Below the pieces are notes generated by a model, which saw only the letters and a list, made by a program, of their open reading frames with translations, ran no database searches and was not told the DNA's origin. Shown here one piece after another: positions 53,363 to 64,000 of a DNA stretch of 64,000 nucleotides. The stretch spans positions 27,714,001 to 27,778,000 of the forward strand of contig OX597822.1 of the NCBI GenBank assembly GCA_951406725.2. Direction: 5' to 3'. Both the position numbers and the translations under genes were made by a program. The stretch's first letter is position 1; each line of letters begins with the position of its first letter. Origin of the DNA: Octopus vulgaris (taxonomy: Eukaryota).

Positions 53363-54870
53363 TATAGTATGTGCATATATATCTATGTGTGTAAGTCTTG
53401 TTTTTGTGTTTGTATGTGTAAGAGTGTGTATGTGTATCTCTTAATACGTATAAATGTATATGCACATATGTGCGTATACATGTGTGTGTGTATGTGTGTG
53501 TGTTAAATGAAGTTATTAACGTTTCAGTAAAGACTTCGTATATAGTTATATTTTGCATTGATAAGCCATTGATATGCCATTTAATAACTTTACAAATAAC
53601 TGGCCAACTAGTAATTATAACGAAAAATTTGGTGAATTCAATTATTTGCTTGATTTCACAATATGCAGTAGAATAAAATCTTGAGAACATTGTGTATCAA
53701 AATACTTGTGTATAGGAATCTGTTCACAAATAACAGGAACTAAGAATCTAAGAATTTTTATCGAAATTATTGAGAAGGTCTTCGAAGAGACCCAAATGAA
53801 GAAAAACTGCTTACATACATTATAGGTGTGTGTTTCTGAGAGAGAGAGAGAGGGGGAGAGAGAGAGAGAGAGAGGAGGGCAGATCGAGAGGAGCAGAGTT
53901 GAGAAAGGGGGTAAGAGAGAGAGAGAGAGAGAGAGAAAGTGTGTGTGAGAGAGATGGTCTGTGTGTATGGGGGAGTGTGTGTAGGTGCATGTATGTATGT
54001 CTGAGTGTATATCTATGTATTGTTGTGACTGAAAAGAATATAAATAAATATCAGATGATGTTGTGAATGAATAATCTTGTTTATCCCCAGATCCAACTCA
54101 ATCGCTCAGACTTATAATTTAAAGTAGGTAAGGGCAACTTTTACTAGAAGCGGACCGTATAAGACATGGCTCATCTTCACGCAGTCCGCACTACTAGAAA
54201 AGGTTCACGATAGTTTTTCATTGGTGTGCTCTTCAGAAAGTCCCACGGGTTGCAGTTTGCTCATGTCTGATTTAAAACTTCTACAGGTGAAAAGCACTTT
54301 GCTTTAGCCGTCTAACATACGGTTTGCGGGACATTCCAGTTGCTTTATCTAGCCCATCGAGAGGCGCAGTAAGATTCTTTTGTTTTATAAGACAACAATT
54401 TTTCACTGGAAGAATTTCTGTGTAAAATGCTTGTTATGGCGAACTGGCAAACATATAACAAATCGTTTCGAGGGGCATATAATGAATTAATTGCATTTAT
54501 ATACACTCATGAATATGTATATACGGAATCATTATGTATTTACCCACATAGCGAGATAAATTTGGAAATATAATTTTTACTATATATTTGCACGTTAAAC
54601 TAATGTTTATTTTCCGGGTAATCAAAAAAAAAGGTCTGAGAATAAATGGGATTTACAGTATTTAACGAAGTAATAACCCAGAAAAGTCACAGGATAGAAG
54701 AGAGCAATATTGAGGATGAATATATTATACTTGAATATGTATAGTGACGTTGAAGCAATATATAATCATGTTTCTGTATACTTAGATATGTGTGTGTATA
54801 TATATATAAACGCATGTACAAGCATAAATATATATACATACATATATATGCACACACATATATGCATATA

Positions 54871-54943
<73 letters not shown>

Positions 54944-55129
54944 TTATATGTGTGTGTATTTGTATATATATATTTTTATACTTAGAATTTGTATCTCTTT
55001 ATCTATCTATTTATCTATCTCTATATATATTTATTTATTTACATAAGTGTTAGTGTATTTACCATTATATGTACGTGTGTGTGTTTGTAAACAGATCAAC
55101 ATCTATGCTAGTATATATATATATATACA

Positions 55130-55700
55130 TTGAAGGCGATCCAACGAAGCTACACGAAGAAGATAGCCTCTGTGCAGCATACAAGCTACTGGGAAAGACT
55201 CAAGAGATTAAGACTCTATTCCGTAGAGCGTAGGCGGGAAAGATATCCCATAATATGCATCTGGAAGATCCTAGAAGGACTTGTCCCAAACTTTGGCATC
55301 GAGAGTTACACAAATGCTAGAACTGGGTACCACTGCATAATGCCGAGGACTCCAAATTTGCCATCAAGATGTAGGACAAGATACTGTGATAGCCTGGGCT
55401 TCAGAGGCCCACAGCTCTTCAATATCCTCCCGAAGAACCTGAGAGACCTGCATGGGGTTGATGCAGATGTCTTTAAAATAAAACTGGATCTCTTCCTGTC
55501 AGGTGTCCCAGATGAACCAACTTCACGGCAGGAGATGCAGATGAGGGCAGCTCCATAGAACTCTCTCATGTACCAAATGGCAATTGCTAAAAAGCATTCG
55601 TGAAGTAAAATCATGTAGCAACACCAAATGGCGGTGCCCCAGCATGGCCACAGCTCGTGAGCTGAAACTAGATAAAATAAATTAAATAAAATAATAAATA
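55130..55700 (+). mobile_element. CR1-clade LINE 3' fragment
   Basis: [58 protein letters not shown]; homologous to the C-terminus of the 33.2-kb ORF; (AATAA)n tail. Confidence 0.88.
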
Positions 55701-55825
55701 AAACATACATGCACAAATTCACATATGCATACATACATAAGTCTCTCTCTGTCTCTGTCTCTCTCTCTCTCTCTATGTATATATGTATGAATGTGTGTGT
55801 GTGTATGTATATGTACGCATGTGTA

Positions 55826-56580
55826 CAGGCTGTGGTAGGAAAATTTTCGCAATGTTATATTACTAATTTTACGTTCGCAATTTCTTTGCTTTTGATCTTG
55901 TCGACTATACAGTATAGCAGGGTTAGTTGGGCACCGTCTGTGAGAAAAACAGTACCATGACGCAATTCACTCTGCCAGAAATTTCGAAGTGATATGCTGT
56001 ACTGCTTGGCTTCTGTGCCGGAAGCTCCAATACGTACATTTCAGAGTGTTTGGTGTCAATCTGAGGACAGTGCAATCTGAGGACATGTACCCTGAGTCAT
56101 ATAAACCAAATACCCAGTCAACATCATGGTGTTCGGAATGATCACTAGTGATGAAGACGTTATTCCTCCATTCAGCTTCCCACACGGCCTCAGAATCAAC
56201 ACAGATGTCTACATGGTGTGTCTGGGCGAGATCGTAGTGCATGGGGCAAAGGGTGGGTGCTGGAAGACTTCGTTTCTGGCAACAGTTCTCTGCAACATGT
56301 CACACAAGCAGGAGAACCCAGTCAGACGATTTCTGCGACCACACCTTCCCTAATATCTGGCCATGTAACACACCAGACTGCAAACCCTAGATTATTAGCT
56401 GTGGGATGCAGTTGAGTAAGAGATTAACGAAACTCCTAGTAACACCAAAGATGAACTGAAGGCAAGGATTATGGCAGCATGCACGAACTTAAACAACGAG
56501 ACCGTCCAGAAGATTTGCAGGAGATTCCGAAGTCATCTGGAGGCCGTGATTGACGTCAATGGCGATTTTAGTCTGTAGTA
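55826..56580 (+). mobile_element. Tc1/mariner (maT-like) remnant
   Basis: TA-CAGG start; MVFGMITSDEDVIPPFSFPHGLRINTD..IWP...DCKP..NTKDELKARIMAA..CRRFRSHLEAVI..NGDF. Confidence 0.8.
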
Positions 56581-56991
56581 CTTCAAGATATTTTATGTAA
56601 TTTTGATAAATATATCTCATAAAATGAGATGTCAGAAATATATTTTGATAAATATATCTGATAAATTGAGATGTCAGAAAGTTACAATCATACACATACG
56701 ACAGACGAACGCCTTTCGGCTATACAGCAAAACTTTTATGAATAAATAAATAAATAACAGAGGGTATCTGTCGACTGCCATACGAATGTAAGGTGGTGAA
56801 ATAATAATACAAGTGCAACAGTAAAAGAATTATACATATACAATAGACACACGCTTTTTGCCGATACACCAAAAGGAAAATAAAGGTACCATTACAGCAT
56901 AAATATATAACAGAAAGTGTCTTTCGACTATCAGACGAATGTAGTAGGCTGCGGCAAAGGAGAAATGGGCAGTCATATATATATATATATA

Positions 56992-57236
56992 TGGGTTTGG
57001 TGCATAATTATTGCGGTTTTTCAACAAATTTTATTCAATAAATCAATAGCATCAAACAAAAACAACTTTAATTGATTATTCCGGAGCATATTCACAATCT
57101 ACTTCAATTACTGCTTCCCATTTGCTTGGCAGACGGTTAGGCCGTCATTTAAAGATGTTTTTGTTAAATATTGTTATTGTTTTTTGTTGAATAAAATTTG
57201 TTGAACAAAAGCCGCAATAATTATGCACCAACACAA
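56992..57236. mobile_element. mariner MITE (MADE1-like TIRs)
   Basis: TTGGTGCATAATTATTGCGG..TTCAACAAATTTTATTCAA / TTGAATAAAATTTGTTGAA..CCGCAATAATTATGCACCAA; internal minus-strand RLPSKWEAVIEVDCEY. Confidence 0.85.
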
Positions 57237-57454
57237 TATGTGTGTGTGTATGTGTGCGTGCGTGTTATGATGTACTGGGTAAAAATTTCCATAATAAACC
57301 ATAAAATGATTGAAAGGTTGTCTCCTGATGTAAAAGAGATAACAGTAAACAATGAAGCTGATAATCTAAAACACAGATTACTCCAACGTCTGTCTATACA
57401 TTTTTCATTCTTATTATAAGATGTTGTAATGGTTTTACTTGCACGATCTCAAAA

Positions 57455-57980
57455 ATGCCATTGTGGTGTTCGGCCTGCATCTGTTTTGCTGCACCCACAG
57501 TGCGGGCGGGTTCTCTCGGCACATCACTCTAAACGGCGTCATCAAAAGTGTCCTCCACGTAGCCGGCTGTCTAACAAAATTGGAGTCAACAAATCTTGGC
57601 CCCCGTGAATGTTAAGCCCACGGTCTAATAACCCTCTTCCCATTCGAGGGACATAGATCTCTAATCTGGAACTTACTGTGGCACATTCTCCGTCTCCATC
57701 TTTGCCGCATCGACCTCAAAACCAGATGTTGATCGTAATGCAGAGGACCGGAAGATAACGAAGAACGGTAATTTTACAAGTCGCTACTTGTTCGTACCGG
57801 TTGCCGTCGAGATCTCAGATTTCTGGGATTCTGTACTACTGATTTCCTCTACAAAATCAGAACGACAGAGGCCCCTCCGGGAAATGATCCTCCGTGAGTT
57901 CGGGTATCGTCTACAACGACTGTTGCTGACGTTTCGCCGCGGCAGTGCCTTTGCCATTATACCAGAGACGTGCGGTTGAA
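57455..57980 (+). mobile_element. CRE-like RLE retrotransposon C-terminal remnant
   Basis: GLHLFCC..SAG..SRH..LNGVIK..L..AG...LE..; L.W; AE.RK..K..YLFVPVAVE...W..LQRL...RRG.A.AI, matching the CRE-clade endonuclease layout. Confidence 0.7.
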
Positions 57981-60258
57981 CACAGAATTCAGATTGGAGT
58001 GTACAAACTGTTATTCCCCTCATTAATCTCCCACCTTTTTTTCCCCCCTTTTCATTGTTTTTTTGCTGAAGTAATTCTGGAATTCTTTGTTCCTAATTCA
58101 GTATTTTAATCAATTGTCCGAGTCGCAAGGTCAAATCTTTCCCATATTTAGTTTTTAATATTGGGTCTCAGGGTGGTAATTTTTGGTTTTATAGTCGAAA
58201 ATGGAGGTGATATTATTCATAGACTTAATTTGTTCTGTATATAACGTCATTAATATTAAATGAGCTTTTATCCCAATGTAATATATATATATATATGAAA
58301 TGATATACGTTTACATCTACATGGAATAGAACAATAAAAATCCTTCCTCTTGTAATCCAATATCCATACGATTCAAGGTATTACGATACTTAAGTACATT
58401 ACAGGTGATTATTATTAGTTATTGTGATGTTAGCATGTCAAGGGTACATTAGAATTCGGTAAATGAAATTAACGAAAATGCCTAGGTATATATACAATAA
58501 ATTAGAGATTACAAACGTTAACTGTGCTTTAAAAATACATATAACCGTGAAATTTTATTGCCAGACGTTATATGACATTTGGAGTCTAGCCTATTTTTGC
58601 ACGTAAACACAATGTAAGGCTTCTAATGTAATTCCAATTGCTGAGTTGCAGGCATAATAGTGAAACAAATTGATTAGCGTGACAGACTAGATGTTTTTTT
58701 TTTCTCCTGAGACTAATTCACATGATATACCGCAAATTAATATAATGTTTGTTATAGTATCGGTATCTTAATTGTATCTTAATTGTGAATGTCGCTAACA
58801 AAATGTGTTGCTGTTACTATTTTACAAGGATACATCATTATAAAATTTCTAAGATAATTTGCTTTCTGAAGCATTTTTTAGATATCATATACAGATTTCC
58901 CTTTCAGTTTACCCATATATATTCCTATTACTCGTATAAGTACACACATACATACATGCATGTGTACACATATACATACATACTCAAATACATGGAGATC
59001 GAGTAATACATATATATGTACGTGTGTGTGTATGCATGTATATATGTGTGTGTATGTGTGTGTGTTGACAAATTTACTTGGAAATGGATGCGTGGCGTTT
59101 AAACATATAATAATATAAATAATATATATATTTATAGAGTGTGTCTATAAATTACCTTTACAATCTGCAAAAAAAACTTAGCAAAATATAAACTAAGCAA
59201 GTAATAAACATATCTAAAGTCAAATGAAAATTATGTAAATATTAAAACGAAGTACATAAATTGAAATTTTAATATTTATTTGACATGGTAAGGCGTTTTT
59301 TGATGGATCCTAGTATTAATTAATACAATAGGTTGTGGGATTTGTAAAGGCAATTTATGGACAGCCTGTATTAACATACATGCTATTATATGTGTGTATG
59401 TGTGTGTGTGTGTGTGCGCGCCTGCACGTGCGTGTGTGTGATTGTGTATGTGTGAGTAGTTAAATTCTATAGAATATATAGATTGAGACCTGTGTCATAA
59501 TATGATGCTAACACTATAAACTGATGAATTCGGATCTAAGCCAAAGGTAGAATCACTCCAGAAATGAAAATGTTTCTTCATATGGAGAAAACATACTTAT
59601 ACTGAGCAAGAAATAATTATGAAAAACTAACATCCAATATAAACTTTACAAAGAGGACAAGACTATCATTATCATAATAGTCGAGTGTTTTTTCTCTATA
59701 AAGTTGAAAAAGTTATCGGATAAATCAAGACTCTATGCAAAGGAAGGCAAAATTATTTTTTAATCCAGCTGAGATAATGAAATTTGGTTCTATTGTGAGA
59801 AACGTTTGGCACACAAATATTCAAATCGAAGCCACACTTTGGATATAGTCACAAATATTTCATGTTCATCTGAAAAGAGTTAGCTTCTGTCTTTGCTTCT
59901 TATATTTGTTGAACAAGGAAACGCTTGACCAAGCTTGTATTAATGACTCTTGATAAGGGAAGAATACTTTTCTTTCAAAGGCATCCATAAATTGTCAAGG
60001 CGTAAGTCAGTTAATCTAGTCTCGTGAATATTATCAGAGTAGTGCTTAGAAAGTACTTACAGCACAGTCTATATGATGTAGTGTGGATAAATAACACTAT
60101 TTATAACATGTCATAAAGGAGCTAGGTTTCAGTGCTGGGTCTGAAGTATTTAATGAATTGTGAATTAGTCATGGTTGAAAGAATAACAGACTTCACTGTT
60201 GTACGTTTGATTCCTGGAGAAAATCTTCATATGCATTTATTGACTTATTTACTTATTT

Positions 60259-60700
60259 GCAGGTGTGATTCTATAGTCAGACGTTTGCTTCCCAACTACA
60301 TGCCTCATTCCCACTGCGTAGCACCTTGGACGTGTGTCTTCTGCTGTAACCGCCGATCGAGCAAAGCCTTGTGCGTGTATTTGGTTGACAGAAACTGAAA
60401 GGCCGTCGTAGATATATATATATATAGATAGATAGATAAATTTGTTTGTCTGTGTGCGTATATATATATATATATATATTGTATGTGTGTGTGTGTTTGT
60501 GTATGTGTTTGTCCACCCCCTACCGTTTGATAACCGGTGTTGGCGTGTTCGCGTGGCCGTAAACTAGCGGTTCGGAAAAAATGAACCGATAAAATAATTG
60601 CCACGTTAAAAGAAGTACTGGGTCGATTGCTTCGACTAAAACTTTATGGCGGTACCAAACCATGGCCGCAGTCTAATGACTGAAACAAGTAAAATATTAA
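60259..60700 (+). mobile_element. Family-E SINE, degenerate full length
   Basis: CCCACTGCGTAGCACCTTGG..GAAACTGAAAG..(TG)n..TAGCGGTTCGG..CATGGCCGCAGTCTAATGACTGAAACAAGTAAAA. Confidence 0.75.
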
Positions 60701-60849
60701 AGATATATATTTATTTTCCTAATGTGCACTATAAATACCTTGTGAAATAGCATTATTTTTTAAATATTTCTTATGCATAATGCCATACCTCACCTTGCTA
60801 ATTTATATTCTCTTTTCTGAGGATCGGGAATCAATAGACGTATGCATCA

Positions 60850-61350
60850 TCCCTCTCCATCCTTTCCTGCCTCTGGCGATGGCTTTTACTTTCAGGTCTC
60901 CCGCCCCATACTTTGATGTCAATCAGCTTGCGTATTTCTCGTTTTACAATGACTCTTGCCTCTAGGGTGCAGTTGCTGAGGCCTTATATTTTCAAAATAC
61001 AGTACTATTCTCTTCTAAACAGTTGACTAAAATTCTCTGTCTGTTTACACCTACACAAGTACTGAGTAGTTTGTTCGATGGTCAGCCCATTTGATTCTCA
61101 ATACAATTTGGTAGTACATGTTTTCAACTGCACTGAGTTTGGCAATGTCGTTTTCTCTTAGGGTTTAGTTTTCACATCCATACAAGCCAACAGACCAGGC
61201 CAGTGTCTCGAAAAGTTTTAATTTGATGTTCTTGTTAAAAGTGCTGTCCTTCCATAATGTATTAAATGAATTTACGGCTGATCCCGCTGCCGCAAATTGT
61301 GCTCTTTGTAGCACCAAGTAATTTGAAATCGGTCACTTGCAATACACTCA
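60850..61350 (-). mobile_element. RTE LINE RT C-terminal remnant
   Basis: Minus strand QVTDFKLLG..NTLWKD....NIKLKLFETL..SV.LYGCE..L.AVE...ILRIKW.DHRT-like motifs. Confidence 0.65.
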
Positions 61351-62469
61351 TCCAATGACACTCCATGGCTTTATGCGTAATATTTTATTTAAAAGAAACA
61401 AAACTAATGTAATTCTTCACATGGCATGGCCTTCAAATATCCCGAAGCTATAGTTTGGATAATGGATTAAGATTCATCAAGGGATTAATGAAGCTATAAA
61501 ATTGTTCTTCACAGCTTTTAGCAGACACCAGAAAGACGGTATAAGGAATTTTGCTTAAACTTAAAGTCTTGTTTTTACTTCTTTTTTTTATCTAAATCCC
61601 TTTATTGTTTCCACTTATGTAGTTACTTTACCCATAAGATCTCCTTACTTCTGAAATATATTAGAAGTTTCCTACGGAAGGGAAAGTACAATGCATTTAT
61701 AATAAAAATACTAGTATAACATTTAAACAACAAAAATTATTCGAAAATGTATTTGCGTATAATTCACCTATTTATTACTGTTTCTAGGGAAACTTTGAAC
61801 AATCACTCAGGGAAAGCAGTTGCTGCAGAAAATCCCCAGTAGAAAACATTGTTGTATAGCCTTATTCATAATCATTTTTAAGCACACACCCATATGCAAT
61901 TCGTCTGTCCTACTCTTATCGGTCGGGACTATTTTGTTGGATTCGTAATTGCCTTAAAGGAACTGATTTTAACCGCAAGTGTATCAACATACATTAAATC
62001 TATTGCGAAGTGAGCATCTTCAGTATTAGGTAAATAATTCGATCGTAAAAAATGTGTACTTATAACTATCTATTGATCTATCTGTCCTGTAAGTTTTGCT
62101 GCGTTGTGTTCACGCAAAACATCCATAATCCCCCAAAAGCTGTTTTCAAATAAATCGTAAAACAAAAGAACGAGCCAAATGCCTTGTAACCAACAAAGGT
62201 ATTGACAAATATTATATAAGCCTATAGTGAAGTTGAATTTTTCCAATTGATTCAATCAGGAATATGTTAACGTGAAGTATAAAATATTGATTTGTAGCTT
62301 CGGTACAAAGTGAAAAAATTTATGCGGAAAGAAAAGTCGATGATATCGACCCTGTTACTAAGCTTCAACTTAATTTATGGACTTCGTTGGGATTTGAAAT
62401 CTCAGTGTAATAGAACGCAACTAAATAGCGCAAGATATTCTTCTAATCTATCTATATTGTAATCTTTTC

Positions 62470-63047
62470 TTTTTTACTCTAGAAACAAGTTCTGACATTT
62501 TGGGGGAGGGGGATAGTCGATTAGATCAACCCCAATATGCAACAGGTAGTTTATTTATCAACCCCAAAAGGATGAGGGGCAAAGTCGACCTCGGCAAAAT
62601 TTGAACTCAGAACGTAAAGACAGACGAAATACTTGTTTCTTTATTACCCACAAGGGGCTAAACATAGACAGGACAAAGAAGGACAGACAAACGGATTAAG
62701 CCGATTACATCAACCCCAGTGCATAACTGGTACTTATTTAATCGACCCCCGAAAGGATGAAAGGCAAAGTCGACCCCGGCGGAATTTGAACTCACAACGT
62801 AGCGGCAGATGAAATACCTATTTCTTTACTACCCACCAGGGGCTAAACACAGAGAGGACAAACAAGGATACACAAACGGATTAAGTCGATTATATCGACT
62901 CCAGTGCATAACTGGTACTTATTTAATCGACCCCGAAAGGATGAAAGGCAAAGTCGACCCCGGCGGAATTTGTACTCAGAATGTAGCGGCAGACGATATA
63001 TCGCTAAGCATTTCGCCCGGCGCGCTAACATTTCTGCCAGCTCGCCG
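62470..63047 (-). mobile_element. Tandem trimer of family-B SINE
   Basis: Three consecutive copies of the GACCCCGAAAGGATGAAAGGCAAAGTCGAC..GGCGGAATTTG core, with junctions at ~62633 and ~62818; only the rightmost copy has a complete tRNA head. Confidence 0.85.
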
Positions 63048-64000
63048 TCTTAATAGTCTTAAGTAATGGACGTGGAAGAATACAGGACAAGAATTTTAAA
63101 AAGGTTAAGTATTGCTGCGAAATTTAGAATTTGGTAAAGGAATTTCTGAAATTGTTCATCAAATAATGTGTTCACTTTTTCTTTTTTATATATTTTTTTG
63201 ATTGCCATTGCAAATTATTTTAATTTAACATTCTAGATTAAAAAATTGTTTGCAATAATCTAAAATATGTCTGTCTTACTTTTAGTATTGTATTATTTTT
63301 TATTTATTTTATTTTCTTATTAAAATTCATTATCCAAAAATTTTATATCGCAAATATTGTGTTAAAAGTAAATTCATGTAGAATTGAAATATAAGGGTGA
63401 AAAATTGTAAAAAAATATTTTAAAGATTCAAAAGAATTAATTTCTTTAAAGTTTGCACTATCAGATAACCAAGTAACTTCTATTTACTGTCAGAAGAATA
63501 TGTTTATAAGAAGATAAAAGCTAATGAACAAATGGAGTGCAAAATGAAGAAATGGCTACATTTTATAACAAAAGCTTTGGGGTTATAATACGTCGTCAAT
63601 TTTGCTTAAATTGCTATTAAGCGATTTTTTTAAATAAAGCACTAGATTCGTGATATTAAATATTTAATATGGACACTTGCAGGCAATTAGCTTTTTCACT
63701 GAAATTGAAAATAGCTTCTTGGATATTTTAACTTAAACAATTATGTGAAAACGAAATAATAAGAGGGCATTTAGTACTATATTTATTTAATCAAAACTTT
63801 GTTTCATTGACTTGCATTTTTCGTTAACTACTGCATATCCTGTATTTTTCCAGGTTCAATACTTAAGAATATTCTAGCACTCTGCATCCACAATTTTCAT
63901 TCTAGTCCACTTTTCTCCGTTATTGTAATTAATTATTTTTACTTTTATATTTCACATTTTAGTAATGCTAAAAATAAAACATGAATGTTTTAATATAAAG

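Noticed and set aside
56601-56680. ~40-bp direct duplication
   Set aside because: Ordinary local tandem duplication at the end of a mariner remnant.
56700-56975. Possible HHR remnants (GTC-GAAAG-ACA-CTT-TCTG on the minus strand)
   Set aside because: No recognisable CTGANGA core; too degenerate to call.

Overview
AT-rich, repeat-dominated eukaryotic DNA with no recognisable host protein-coding exon, so it is intergenic or deep intronic. The SINE families and the extreme (TA)n/(TAGA)n/(TATG)n/(TAA)n load suggest an octopus or other cephalopod genome (inference). Almost all predicted ORFs are microsatellite artefacts. The real coding remnants are all transposons: a young 5'-truncated CR1 LINE with an open RT frame (33205-34491), plus decayed R4/Dong, HERO-like, CRE-like, RTE, CR1, Penelope-like (PLE) and Tc1/mariner pieces. 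The window also holds MITEs, non-autonomous Helitrons and four tRNA-derived SINE families. The main discovery is a dense set of short non-coding elements, mostly in or next to (TA)n tracts. They usually form fold-back inverted repeats and carry type I hammerhead ribozyme (HHR) motifs: about 8 intact or near-intact, about 10 decayed or variant. One family (17.7, 20.3 and 32.6 kb) shows compensatory changes in all three HHR stems and a tandem unit of about 570 nt. This fits a family of non-autonomous Penelope-derived, retrozyme-like elements, and decayed autonomous PLE RT/GIY-YIG sequences lie in the same window. All folds and alignments were done by eye; ribozyme activity is predicted, not shown.
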